DNA of 64,000 nucleotides from a virus: positions 32,001-96,000 of IMG/VR virus record IMGVR_UViG_3300033146_004128. The stretch is one strand, 5' to 3'. The first letter of the stretch is position 1. Each line of letters opens with the position of its first letter. A program made the position numbers and the translations under genes. Positions 19,376-28,774 of this stretch are shown piece after piece. The notes below the pieces were generated by a model. That model worked only from the letters and a program-made list of their open reading frames with translations, searched no databases and had not been told where the DNA came from.

Positions 19376-19491
19376 TAGATGTGAATGGAAACGTAATAGA
19401 CATGTACAACAGAAAGCAGGATGCAGAAGATTTTGCTAGCTGCTGTGTTGATGAGCCATGCTCTATACAATGGGTGGAACAAGGGGATTAG
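19363..19491 (+). CDS. small hypothetical protein (42 aa)
   Basis: MWCIVDVNGNVIDMYNRKQDAEDF...; fills gap, stop abuts next ATG. Confidence 0.55.
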   Translation: MWCIVDVNGNVIDMYNRKQDAEDFASCCVDEPCSIQWVEQGD

Positions 19492-19659
19492 ATGAGCAAG
19501 AAAGAAGTATTAGGATATGAAATGGTAATGGCTACACTTGAAGCCTTAGGGCATGATGATTTTGAGAAAGCATATGTAACATACAAGGGAAAAAGGCTTC
19601 ACTTAGCAGGACTCAAGCTGGTAATCGAAGATGACAATAAAGAAGAGAAAGGTGACTAA
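19492..19659 (+). CDS. small hypothetical protein (55 aa)
   Basis: AAGGGG SD; TAATG coupling to next gene. Confidence 0.65.
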   Translation: MSKKEVLGYEMVMATLEALGHDDFEKAYVTYKGKRLHLAGLKLVIEDDNKEEKGD

Positions 19660-20123
19660 TGACAAGAGAAGAGATAGACAAAAACTTATCAAAAGAAGAT
19701 ATGGAGTACATAGATATGAAAAGTAGTGAAGCAATAGACGCATGTGCGTGGTTTAAGAGCTGTGGAATCTATTCCTACTTTGACGGAAAAGAAGACGTGT
19801 ACGTAGCAATCAACGGTGAAGACATTCAGGTGTCAAGCTCAGAAATCAGCTATAGAGCAGACCTGTATAGAGGGACATCTGTATCTAAACATGACAAAGG
19901 TAGAGAACTTCAGATTGTTGAAGAGATAAAATACTACGATGGGCAAATGACAGGTATTATGAATGCTTTGTATGAAGAATCATATCTTGCAAACATAGAA
20001 AGGGCAGAGCCTTCAGCTATTGATTTGAGAAGAATGAAAATCACAAGAATGCTATCTGTGTATGGTGGTCTATACTGTAAGAGGAATAGCCTACTAAATG
20101 AGCTCAAAGGAGAATTGCAATGA
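19659..20123 (+). CDS. hypothetical protein; C-terminal domain paralogous to 21481..21735
   Basis: YYDGQMTGIMNALYEESY...RMLSVYGGLYCKR. Confidence 0.85.
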   Translation: MTREEIDKNLSKEDMEYIDMKSSEAIDACAWFKSCGIYSYFDGKEDVYVAINGEDIQVSSSEISYRADLYRGTSVSKHDKGRELQIVEEIKYYDGQMTGIMNALYEESYLANIERAEPSAIDLRRMKITRMLSVYGGLYCKRNSLLNELKGELQ

Positions 20124-20377
20124 AACATTTACTGTTCACATCTGCTGACTGGTCAATGTCTGGGGTCTCCCAGATATTGCTAGACACACCAAGAAAAGAT
20201 GCAAAAGTTACAAGGGTTGAATATAAAGATATGGGGAAAGAGGATCCGACAATACGTGAGCCAACCAGTAGTCATAACTACATAAGGCTTACAAAAAAAG
20301 ATGTGGAGGTTCTGCTTAGCAACATGGAAGAAAAAGATATACTTGTTATCTACACAGGTGTAAAAAAATACGACTAA
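20120..20377 (+). CDS. hypothetical protein
   Basis: 85 aa, AAGGAG SD. Confidence 0.8.
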   Translation: MKHLLFTSADWSMSGVSQILLDTPRKDAKVTRVEYKDMGKEDPTIREPTSSHNYIRLTKKDVEVLLSNMEEKDILVIYTGVKKYD

Positions 20378-20421
20378 CAAAAGGGAAGATAATATGGAAA
20401 ATGAAAAATTAGAGGTGACTA

Positions 20422-20997
20422 ATGACAAGAGAAGAGATTAAGGCTGCACTTCCAGCTATGGTTCATTTTGCTGAGGGTGGAAACCTATGGTGCTATGATG
20501 GATCAAGCTGGCTGAGGCAAACGCATATAGGATTCTCGTCTCTTGACTATGAGATAAAGAATGTGATAGAGGATAGGTTTTTCGAATCAAGAAAAGCTTT
20601 GGCACTTGGTAAAAAAGTTGAAGTTAAGAAGTGTGGTGAGTGGAGGGTATGGAATAGTTATGGCGAGTGCTGGTCAGAAGATGACGAGTATAGACCACAA
20701 GCAGATAAGCCTACATTTTGTGTGGGGGATTGGTGTATTGACCCATTAACCAGAGATCCTAAACAGGTTACTGATATCTTTTTCAATGATGGTATAAACC
20801 TATGGATGTTCTCAACAAACAATAATAGAGATGTGTATGTAATAGATGATTTTAGAGGTAGAAAAAAGCCAGTATACGAGTGGCAATGGTACAAACATCT
20901 ATCTGATAACAAGTATGATTTTACGACAGAACACTTTACTGAATATGACAATTATGGATGGCAGAGATTTGAGCCATCAAGGAGAGAGAAGCTATGA
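20422..20997 (+). CDS. hypothetical protein; N-terminus paralogous to 20994..21491
   Basis: HFAEGGNLWCY...IEDRFFESRKALALG. Confidence 0.85.
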   Translation: MTREEIKAALPAMVHFAEGGNLWCYDGSSWLRQTHIGFSSLDYEIKNVIEDRFFESRKALALGKKVEVKKCGEWRVWNSYGECWSEDDEYRPQADKPTFCVGDWCIDPLTRDPKQVTDIFFNDGINLWMFSTNNNRDVYVIDDFRGRKKPVYEWQWYKHLSDNKYDFTTEHFTEYDNYGWQRFEPSRREKL

Positions 20998-21491
20998 ATA
21001 GAAGAGAGGCGAGAAAAATACAAGAGGCGTTAAACCATTTTGCACATGGTGGAGATCTATGGTGGTGGTGCTACGGAGACAATCGATGGTATATGCAGAC
21101 AGCCATATTGTTTGGCAACTATCCATGCAACATTATAGAGGATGAACATTTTGAGTTCCGGAAGGCACAGGCGCTTGGGGCTGAGATTGAACAGATAAAG
21201 TGGAACACGTGTAACTGGGGAGAGTTTGAGAGTTTCTACGAGGGTGGAAAGTACAGAATTAAAAAGGATAGTAAGATGAGTGAGAAACAAGAGAGAACAT
21301 ACGAGGTTGTATTTGGGTACACGGAATACGGGAAGGCATACGTTAAGGCAACTTCAGAAGAAGAAGCTATCAAAAAGATAGATGACCATTTGGCTGATGA
21401 AGGACTCGATAACCTAGACTACAAGTGTCAAGATAGAGACTATTCTGCAGAGGGGGCAATAGAGATTGAAGGTGCTGAGAATGGCAAGTGA
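20994..21491 (+). CDS. hypothetical protein with C-terminal DpnD/PcfM-like domain
   Basis: HFAHGGDLWWWCY...IEDEHFEFRKAQALG; TYEVVF...VKATSEEEAIKKI. Confidence 0.8.
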   Translation: MNRREARKIQEALNHFAHGGDLWWWCYGDNRWYMQTAILFGNYPCNIIEDEHFEFRKAQALGAEIEQIKWNTCNWGEFESFYEGGKYRIKKDSKMSEKQERTYEVVFGYTEYGKAYVKATSEEEAIKKIDDHLADEGLDNLDYKCQDRDYSAEGAIEIEGAENGK

Positions 21492-21735
21492 CGGCATGAG
21501 CAGGACCACAGAGGCTGAAGACTATTTCGCAAGAGAGGTTGAGTATTACGACGAGCAAATGTCAAATATTTCAGATGCCCTATATAAGGAGTCTTATAAT
21601 GATTGCATACTAAAAGCTGAGTCTGCTGCACTGGATGCAAGAAAGATAGAGATCAATAGAATGCTAGCTGTGTATGGAGACATGTATTGCCGGAGAGCTA
21701 TGGCACTAGATAGATTGAGGGGAGAAAGACAGTGA
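21481..21735 (+). CDS. hypothetical protein, paralog of the C-terminal half of 19659..20123
   Basis: YYDEQMSNISDALYKESY...RMLAVYGDMYCRR. Confidence 0.8.
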   Translation: MASDGMSRTTEAEDYFAREVEYYDEQMSNISDALYKESYNDCILKAESAALDARKIEINRMLAVYGDMYCRRAMALDRLRGERQ

Positions 21736-22076
21736 GTGAAATAAAAACAAACGGTGGAAGGGTTGCTAAGTGCGGATGCGGAAGCACCAAGATGAGAGTT
21801 GAGACTATAAACTCATGTGGTCACTGCATGTTCAATGGATATTATCTTGACTCTGAGTATTCAGACAAGCTATGCGTTGCTGATGAGATGTGGAATTACG
21901 ATGAGGATCTCAGAAACAAAGCGAACGACACACTTGGTCTTGACTTGTCACGGCACCAGTCACAAGATGAAGGTGAATGTCAAATGGGAAGCAACTGGGA
22001 TGCAGGGTGTTCTCTGTATATCTGTTCTGACTGTGGAGACATTGTTGACTTTGTAGCATTCGTGGACGGTTGCTAG
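21732..22076 (+). CDS. Cys-rich zinc-finger protein
   Basis: CGCG, CGHC, CSDCG. Confidence 0.75.
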   Translation: MSEIKTNGGRVAKCGCGSTKMRVETINSCGHCMFNGYYLDSEYSDKLCVADEMWNYDEDLRNKANDTLGLDLSRHQSQDEGECQMGSNWDAGCSLYICSDCGDIVDFVAFVDGC

Positions 22077-22077
22077 C

Positions 22078-22317
22078 ATGGATACCATCTATAATATAGA
22101 ACATGACATACTCATGAGGGTTGCTGGGTTTAAGCATGTGAATGGAAGGTCTCCACAGTTTTTGGTGCTTAGCAACGATATGCTTCACAAGTTACTTTCG
22201 GATGAGTCTATAAGCGGGGTTGGATCACGTGATATAAATGGAACATTGAAATATATGGGAATGCTTGTTTCACGTTTAGAGTCCCACAATAGTACGAATC
22301 AGATACTAATAGGATAG
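22078..22317 (+). CDS. hypothetical protein
   Basis: 79-aa ORF in array orientation. Confidence 0.7.
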   Translation: MDTIYNIEHDILMRVAGFKHVNGRSPQFLVLSNDMLHKLLSDESISGVGSRDINGTLKYMGMLVSRLESHNSTNQILIG

Positions 22318-22342
22318 TAAATAAAAAATTAAGGAGATAGTG

Positions 22343-22540
22343 ATGGCAAAAATTAAGATAGTGGGTGATATCCATTACTCGAAAACGACACAGATATATT
22401 ACACTAGGGTTAATGGTGTACTATGGAAGTACCCAGTATATCCTGGAGCACAAAGAGGATGGGCGGAGTCAGCATATGGTGGTGACGAAAAGAAATTTAC
22501 AAAGGTATCGATAGATGCGTTCAATAGGGATGTGGCATAA
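22343..22540 (+). CDS. hypothetical protein
   Basis: AAGGAG SD. Confidence 0.75.
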   Translation: MAKIKIVGDIHYSKTTQIYYTRVNGVLWKYPVYPGAQRGWAESAYGGDEKKFTKVSIDAFNRDVA

Positions 22541-22941
22541 TGGAAGGAAGTAATAAAGATGAGAGAATAGATAGCCTCAAGGCAGGAGATCGCATAAAAT
22601 ATGGAATTCCAGATATAGCTCTTGCAGAATATGAAGTTATTGGACACACGTCTTCTGGGCATGTGCTATGTTGGCTCCCAGATAGAAGGGACTCATATAA
22701 GTGTGCTCGTGAGTTTATATATCTCATGGACGAAGAGGAGAGCTTTAGAGGAGAATACTGTATAAACGATAGGGTTTTATGTTCAGAAATGAAAGCGGAT
22801 CTTATTGAATCATATGGGTATAGCGATATTGATGCGGAGCTATGGATAGATGAGAATAAAACAGAGGTGTTAGACGCTATGTGGGCAGCATACTCGACCT
22901 ATACGAGAGAGAATTGTACAGACAAAGGTAGTGACGTATGA
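22540..22941 (+). CDS. hypothetical protein
   Basis: 133 aa, TAATG coupling. Confidence 0.8.
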   Translation: MEGSNKDERIDSLKAGDRIKYGIPDIALAEYEVIGHTSSGHVLCWLPDRRDSYKCAREFIYLMDEEESFRGEYCINDRVLCSEMKADLIESYGYSDIDAELWIDENKTEVLDAMWAAYSTYTRENCTDKGSDV

Positions 22942-23147
22942 ACAGAAATGAAGCTTTTATGGTCGAATTTGATGAGGCCATGATGACAGATGATGAGCCT
23001 GGGCACAAGAAGGCAAGAAGGATAATCTCAATGTATGATAATTCTTCTGCTGAGATACAGGATATTATTGATGATGTTTTTATAACACTGTGCGGATACT
23101 CAGTAAAAACACTCAAGGATATGGCAGACAAGGGAGGTAATCTATGA
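22938..23147 (+). CDS. hypothetical protein
   Basis: 69 aa, ATGA overlap. Confidence 0.75.
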   Translation: MNRNEAFMVEFDEAMMTDDEPGHKKARRIISMYDNSSAEIQDIIDDVFITLCGYSVKTLKDMADKGGNL

Positions 23148-23458
23148 AAGTTGGGGAAGCTATAAAGAAGTTGTCCGCAATGGATGAAGACGCAGAACTA
23201 AGGGTTGCTGACTTCTCTCCTGTTGAGTTCGTATCAATGATTAATGGGAGCGTATGTCTCGGTAGCTTTGGTGACGATGAGATATCAGGAACAGAGTATT
23301 GTGTCACAATAAACGAGAGGTTGTCTACCAGGATAGTATTGGTAGCAGAGAGTGAAGAAGAAGCCTTGGATAGGGTAAAAGGAGCATATGAGACAAGAGA
23401 GATATCTTTAACTCTTGACGATTGGGCAGATACAAAATTTGAAGTAGAGGAGAATTAG
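23144..23458 (+). CDS. protein with C-terminal DpnD/PcfM-like domain
   Basis: EYCVTINERLSTRIVLVAESEEEALDRVKGAYETREISL..DDW. Confidence 0.7.
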   Translation: MKVGEAIKKLSAMDEDAELRVADFSPVEFVSMINGSVCLGSFGDDEISGTEYCVTINERLSTRIVLVAESEEEALDRVKGAYETREISLTLDDWADTKFEVEEN

Positions 23459-23459
23459 T

Positions 23460-24242
23460 ATGGGGTATAGAATAGAGTTCAGAGGTGACATAACATACTC
23501 TGGTAGCGATGAAGACATGAAGATTGTTGCAGACATTATGGATGGCCTTTCAGCTACAAGAAGAGTCAAGAGAGACATGAGTAAGCATACCGGAGAGCTA
23601 AGCCTACCTATGGAAGACTACGGGATAGAAGGAGAGTTCTATTTTGGTAGAGACGACAGCAGTGTAGTAGATAGCAACAGCCCTCCAAGTTCACAACCGT
23701 CTCTGTATTGTGGATGGGAGTATGATACGCCAGGAGTTCTTGTATGGAATTATGATGAGCAAGCAAGCTCTCCGGACGGATGGATCAGATATATTGTGGA
23801 GAAGATCATATCTGCTAACAACTGTGTATGTAATTGCGAGATAGAGTATAGAGGTGATGACTGGGACGACTATGGTACAATCGTAGTCAAGAACAATGTT
23901 GTAGATCTGTATGAGATGAATTGTATTGCACCAGTGTCTGATGCAAATATTGTCGATGCAAAAATACGATACTATAATCCATCACAATTTGACAATGTTA
24001 ATACTGTCAGCGATTGGTCTGATATGAGTTCAGATGACATGGCGAATAATTATTGGCTATTGTTCTACGATACGCTAAATGATATTGTTGCCGATGGTGT
24101 AACAGAAGTAGTTAATCAGCATGATTTAGATATAATCACAGACCTTGTGTCCGAGGTTATAGGCAATGAGAATGATAAGGATGGTACTCCAGTGTACCCG
24201 GATATGTTCATATTTAGTTTTAATGTGGCAGTAGATAAATAA
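23460..24242 (+). CDS. hypothetical phage protein
   Basis: 260 aa; MGY..EF.G / PP..QPSLYC.W / YRGDDWDDYG.I.V. Confidence 0.85.
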   Translation: MGYRIEFRGDITYSGSDEDMKIVADIMDGLSATRRVKRDMSKHTGELSLPMEDYGIEGEFYFGRDDSSVVDSNSPPSSQPSLYCGWEYDTPGVLVWNYDEQASSPDGWIRYIVEKIISANNCVCNCEIEYRGDDWDDYGTIVVKNNVVDLYEMNCIAPVSDANIVDAKIRYYNPSQFDNVNTVSDWSDMSSDDMANNYWLLFYDTLNDIVADGVTEVVNQHDLDIITDLVSEVIGNENDKDGTPVYPDMFIFSFNVAVDK

Positions 24243-24263
24243 AAATAAAAAAAGGTGGTCAAA

Positions 24264-25343
24264 ATGAATAAAATGTCAGCGGTAGGAATGCTAGTTAGTG
24301 GTGAGTGTGATTCTATTTTACATGGAAGCTCAGAGTTTATTCTTCAGGGTGAAGATGTCGTCAATAAAAGAAGTAAGAAAGCACTTGATATGAAGAAGAT
24401 GCTTGAAGAGGGATGGGACACAAAGATGCTCCCAAGATGGGACGATGCAATGCAAGATGGTGCTGAACGGCCTACACTTTGTGTACTTGAGAATGATGGA
24501 TCGCTCATCATTATACTTAGCAAGACAGAAGATGGAGAATATATCACTTCGTACGGAGAGATCTATGATAGAGATACTTATGGTCAACTTAGACCTGCGA
24601 CAAGAGATGAAGCGTTAGCACTTCTTGCTGATGTGAAAGATGCTGCTCCATCAAAGCCTAAGCCTAAAACAAAGCCGAAGAGTGAGCCGAAGATAAAAGA
24701 GGAAGTACCAAGAGAAGAAGAGCCGGCAGTTATCACTGGGGAGACAGACATTAGCGAAACAGGCGAGACTTTTGCAGAGATGCCACAAGAGGAACTTATT
24801 GATCTTTGTGGTGTTCCAGAGGAAGAGAATCCTTTTGTTGAAGATCAAGAATATGATGATAGTTGCATTACAGGAGCCACAGAGGGTAGTGATGTCCCAA
24901 AGCCTCAAGAGGAATGTCAGCCTCAGAGATCGACGAATACTACAAAGCCAAAGGACGGGGGTGAGCCAACGCTCAAGGATCAGTATGTATCTCTGGGTCT
25001 AGATAAAGATCTATGGCCTGACTTCTGTAGCTATTGTTTCACGAACGATGTTGACAATGTGGCACTGATGGAGCGAGGAATGAAATATGCATCGTCATGT
25101 GTTATCGATTTTATGGCAGATAGATCAAAGGGTTCTAGACGTGACAGCACAAAACATGAGTCCGATGACACTATCATTGATAAGCTTGAGGTGCTAGTTG
25201 ACTTTGGTCTTGAGAGCAATGACGCTATTGACTTCTATGAGTATCACAAGCTAGATAAGTTCAGGTTGGCTACACTTATCAGTGATGCTACGGATGGAAG
25301 ACTTACAGAGCTGGTTACGCAATTTTATGATGAAAGGAAATAA
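24264..25343 (+). CDS. hypothetical protein with disordered P/E/K linker
   Basis: About 360 aa; KPKPK and acidic low-complexity centre. Confidence 0.85.
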   Translation: MNKMSAVGMLVSGECDSILHGSSEFILQGEDVVNKRSKKALDMKKMLEEGWDTKMLPRWDDAMQDGAERPTLCVLENDGSLIIILSKTEDGEYITSYGEIYDRDTYGQLRPATRDEALALLADVKDAAPSKPKPKTKPKSEPKIKEEVPREEEPAVITGETDISETGETFAEMPQEELIDLCGVPEEENPFVEDQEYDDSCITGATEGSDVPKPQEECQPQRSTNTTKPKDGGEPTLKDQYVSLGLDKDLWPDFCSYCFTNDVDNVALMERGMKYASSCVIDFMADRSKGSRRDSTKHESDDTIIDKLEVLVDFGLESNDAIDFYEYHKLDKFRLATLISDATDGRLTELVTQFYDERK

Positions 25344-25344
25344 G

Positions 25345-25653
25345 ATGGAAGATACAGATAGATTAGTAATATGGTGGGGTCCGGACTTGGACAAGGAAGA
25401 TGTTTTTGTTATGCCTGTTGCAACAGTAGAAGAGGGGGTTAAGACCCTTGGACTTCTTACTGCATACGATGAGTTCCTTACGAACCAAAAGTTCAAGGAA
25501 GAGGCTGTTAGTAATGGAGCCCTTGCATTTCTAACAGAGAAGGGTGAACTTAATCAGTGGTCATACACAAGTATAGCTGATGGAGGAGTAAAATATGATG
25601 ATCCAATGGAGTATCTAAAAGCTAAATATACGAAGACAGAGATTATAACATGA
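25345..25653 (+). CDS. hypothetical protein
   Basis: AAGGA SD before ATG 25345. Confidence 0.8.
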   Translation: MEDTDRLVIWWGPDLDKEDVFVMPVATVEEGVKTLGLLTAYDEFLTNQKFKEEAVSNGALAFLTEKGELNQWSYTSIADGGVKYDDPMEYLKAKYTKTEIIT

Positions 25654-25862
25654 CCAAAGTAACAATGAGCGTATATGCAATGGCTGTAGAGTTTGATGAT
25701 GGTGAGATGATGAACCCACGACCAGTGTTCCTTAGACCTGAGCATGCTGAAGAGTTTGCTAAACTTATGGAAAAATCTCCAAATGTTAAGTCATGCGACT
25801 CATGGCTAGCTACAATATCGGTAGATGAAGAGGATGTTCCCAAGTACACAAGAGCTACGTAA
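25650..25862 (+). CDS. hypothetical protein (last gene of the early array)
   Basis: 70 aa, ATGA overlap. Confidence 0.75.
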   Translation: MTKVTMSVYAMAVEFDDGEMMNPRPVFLRPEHAEEFAKLMEKSPNVKSCDSWLATISVDEEDVPKYTRAT

Positions 25863-25868
25863 TAATTC

Positions 25869-25886
25869 CCCACTCGAAAGAGTGGG
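25869..25886. terminator. GAAA-tetraloop hairpin between convergent gene blocks
   Basis: CCCACTC-GAAA-GAGTGGG perfect 7-bp stem; T tract about 13 nt downstream. Confidence 0.7.
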
Positions 25887-25916
25887 CGCAGTAGTCTGAT
25901 TTTTTTTAGATTACGT

Positions 25917-26903
25917 TTATATCTGGATTGAAGTTTTTTGAACGCCGGTAACTTTTCTATATATGTGCTCAGCGAGCATCTCTGCCTGCTCTTGCGTTAT
26001 GAACGCATCTTCTCCGTTGTAGTATGATGAAGCCCCAGAAGATTCATAGAACGTATCTACTTTTTCAATTAGTTCGGCGTCAGTAAATAGTGAAGCCAGA
26101 TGTATCTCTACCTCATCACCATTCTTCTTTATGTCAAGCTCACTAAATTTATTCATAGTAAATATATTCGTATCTTTCTCTACTTCTTCTGGCACAACAG
26201 CATTGTCAGAGATGAGCCCATCTTCACGAACAGAGTTTGATAGTATAGACTCTCTACTTTCAAGAGCTGATGCAAAAGATATAACAGGTGACGATATTCC
26301 ACCGTTCATCCTGACATTGTCAAGCCTTAAAGAAGAAGAGTCTCTCTCCTTGCTTATGGATCCTGACTGCAGAGAGATAGATACATCCCAATCTGCAGAG
26401 TCTATACCTATTGTCTCTCCATTCTTGTAGAACTCCTGATCATATATTCTTATTGGGAATACAGTATTATCGTCATCATTGCTGTAGTCAAATGAAAGAC
26501 CAGGGTCGTAAGAAAGTGTTGGCGATTCAATGCTTCCATCTTTCATGATAGATATCTCAGAGAGAATCTCTTTTGTCATTATGGACGTGTCTTTTATCTG
26601 GTCTATAGGCATCATGATTACTGACCCAGGTATCCCATCGGAAGCCTTATAGAAGAATGTTGTCATGTCTGATTCATTATATGCGAAGAAGTCACTAGCA
26701 TTATACCCTTTGAGAACTATAGTAGGTGCCTCTATGCTTGTAGTTGCTGCAACAGCCATTCTTACTGATCCATAATAGTCATAAGATCTAAGGAAGTCAA
26801 ATGCCAAGTCAGCTCCAGTGTTAGCTGTGTTCACAAGTGTCTGTGAATACTTAAGTGCAGATATGAAACTATTCATATCCTCTATCGTTAATTGTGTGCT
26901 CAT
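25917..26903 (-). CDS. hypothetical protein
   Basis: 328-aa ORF, AGGAG SD. Confidence 0.85.
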   Translation of the reverse strand: MSTQLTIEDMNSFISALKYSQTLVNTANTGADLAFDFLRSYDYYGSVRMAVAATTSIEAPTIVLKGYNASDFFAYNESDMTTFFYKASDGIPGSVIMMPIDQIKDTSIMTKEILSEISIMKDGSIESPTLSYDPGLSFDYSNDDDNTVFPIRIYDQEFYKNGETIGIDSADWDVSISLQSGSISKERDSSSLRLDNVRMNGGISSPVISFASALESRESILSNSVREDGLISDNAVVPEEVEKDTNIFTMNKFSELDIKKNGDEVEIHLASLFTDAELIEKVDTFYESSGASSYYNGEDAFITQEQAEMLAEHIYRKVTGVQKTSIQI

Positions 26904-26915
26904 GTTAAACTCCTA

Positions 26916-27788
26916 TTATACATATAGACCAGGCTCACCGAATGTCTTATGTACATCATTCTTGAATTCTGATACTCTCTTTTTTCTCTTATCTATAAAT
27001 CTATCTATACCATAGTATGTACCTGCAGCAGTAATTCCAAGTCCAACTATTCTATTCTTCGCCTTCGAGCTTTCTCTAGCTTCAGATATCTTCTTGCCCG
27101 TCTTCTTGACACTCTTTACTATTTTAGCAACTGATGCTTTTTTCTCTAGCATGTCTTTCTTCTTTCGTGTCTGCATTATATATTGAGCAGGCTCTATGGC
27201 ACTAAGTCCAAGCATGCCTGCAGCGAGAAGACCTGATCCAAATCTCTTTGTCTTGAATAGATTTCCGATATTGCTAAACTCTCTACCTGTAGCAGTAAGA
27301 ACCTTCTTGGGTGATAGTATGTTCTTAACCATCTGCTTTGTTCCTATCTTCCCAGACTGTTTCATTTGATGCATTGTATTAAGAAATGCACCGGTTCCTA
27401 TTGTTCCAGACGCCACAGCAGGAGCAGCTATTGATGCGAAGTGACCAGCATTAAACTTCTTGTCGTTTCCATACTTATCACTTGCCTTTCCAACAAGATG
27501 CTCAGCCGGTAAAGTTACTGCTGTCCCTGCAGCGGCACCAAGAGCAGTATTTCTGAGCATCCTGCCACCTGACGCTAGCATACCTATTCCTTTTGCTCTG
27601 CCTTTCCATACTGGTATTGCATTGAATAAGGCTGTAGCACCTGCTGACCATCCAGCTGCTTCAAGTAAGCTTGGGGATTCTTGTTTCTTCTTTTGCTTCT
27701 GTAGGACGTCAGGAACTCTTCTAACTGCTTCTTCTGGTAGACTCTCAAGGACTTGTTGTCCTCCGGGCTTATTCGATATATTTGCCAT
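26916..27788 (-). CDS. Lys-rich glycine-zipper membrane protein with K-x-A motif
   Basis: G/A-rich hydrophobic helices flanked by Lys runs; LEKKAS. Confidence 0.8.
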   Translation of the reverse strand: MANISNKPGGQQVLESLPEEAVRRVPDVLQKQKKKQESPSLLEAAGWSAGATALFNAIPVWKGRAKGIGMLASGGRMLRNTALGAAAGTAVTLPAEHLVGKASDKYGNDKKFNAGHFASIAAPAVASGTIGTGAFLNTMHQMKQSGKIGTKQMVKNILSPKKVLTATGREFSNIGNLFKTKRFGSGLLAAGMLGLSAIEPAQYIMQTRKKKDMLEKKASVAKIVKSVKKTGKKISEARESSKAKNRIVGLGITAAGTYYGIDRFIDKRKKRVSEFKNDVHKTFGEPGLYV

Positions 27789-27796
27789 GAATACCT

Positions 27797-28405
27797 CTAG
27801 TAATTTATTTTATCTATGATTATACCATATCTTTTAAGACAAGACGAGGGGTCTTGTCTGCACTCTGGGTCAGTGCTTATCTTCCAGTGTAGGAATTCTG
27901 ATATAAATATGAACCCTCTATCACTTGCATCCTTGTCAATACTTGACCATTCTCTATGGAACTTTGATCCCTCAACTATGGGATTTTTTATGTGATGCCA
28001 TAGTGTTAATGCACCTGCAATGTTTGATGACTTCACAAAGCCAAGTCCTTCCATACCTACGATTCTCTTAAGCTCATTGGCACACCATTGCTTCTGTGCT
28101 AATCCTAGGAACATCTGCTTTCCAACAAGTCTTCTGTCCATACTCAGAACAAAGTCTCTATCATCCTTTCGGATAGACCCTATTCTCAATATGCGCTCAA
28201 GCCTATCAATGTCACCCATGTCAAACCCATTATCTCTAAGCCATATCTTAGACATAATGTCTGACGTACTCCATCCTGCAGGTCCAAAAATTACATCAGC
28301 TCCACCCTTCTTCTCTATCCTGAATGAGAATGGATGTGGATCTGACTTCCTAATGCATGTCAATGCTGCCATCGATGTTGTATATACATTTTGTATGGAG
28401 AACAA
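27797..28405 (-). CDS. hypothetical protein
   Basis: 202-aa ORF; start uncertain. Confidence 0.75.
   Translation of the reverse strand: MFSIQNVYTTSMAALTCIRKSDPHPFSFRIEKKGGADVIFGPAGWSTSDIMSKIWLRDNGFDMGDIDRLERILRIGSIRKDDRDFVLSMDRRLVGKQMFLGLAQKQWCANELKRIVGMEGLGFVKSSNIAGALTLWHHIKNPIVEGSKFHREWSSIDKDASDRGFIFISEFLHWKISTDPECRQDPSSCLKRYGIIIDKINY
27819..27830 (-). promoter_or_regulatory. extended -10 promoter ATATGGTATAAT for 26916..27788
   Basis: Identical 12-mer at 28984-28995; about 30 nt upstream of ATG. Confidence 0.65.
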
Positions 28406-28430
28406 TTTTCGTCCCTGTTGAATTAAATAG

Positions 28431-28715
28431 TTATTTTTGGCACGGGAATGTGCCTAGTATGTTTTGACCAAGAACGACATCGAATGTACAACCATTGTCT
28501 TTGACGTCTTCTTCTATTGCCATATTGTATAGTACGATATCTCCTACTGATACAGGTATGCTTGGGCTATCGCCTACTGCGATTACCTCTCCTCTTGCTG
28601 GATATTTCTCTGTTCTTACTGTCTCTACTATGATTCCAGTTGAACTCATTTGTGGCTCAGGGATATGCTGTACAGCGACGATGTCCGGTCCGGGTATGAA
28701 GTTTATAGTACTCAT
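28431..28715 (-). CDS. groES: GroES/Cpn10-like co-chaperonin
   Basis: 94 aa; P..D.V.V, TGIIV mobile loop, RGEVIAVG, VGDIVLY, NILG. Confidence 0.85.
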   Translation of the reverse strand: MSTINFIPGPDIVAVQHIPEPQMSSTGIIVETVRTEKYPARGEVIAVGDSPSIPVSVGDIVLYNMAIEEDVKDNGCTFDVVLGQNILGTFPCQK

Positions 28716-28744
28716 TTGGTATTCCTCTCTTTAGTGTGATGTGT

Positions 28745-28756
28745 AGTATACCATAT
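28745..28756 (-). promoter_or_regulatory. extended -10 promoter ATATGGTATACT for groES
   Basis: 30 nt upstream of the groES start. Confidence 0.65.
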
Positions 28757-28774
28757 TGTAACATTAGATAAAGC

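Noticed and set aside
26911-26922. TGTATAAT promoter for 25917..26903
   Set aside because: It abuts the SD only about 12 nt from the start codon, too close to give a transcript containing the SD
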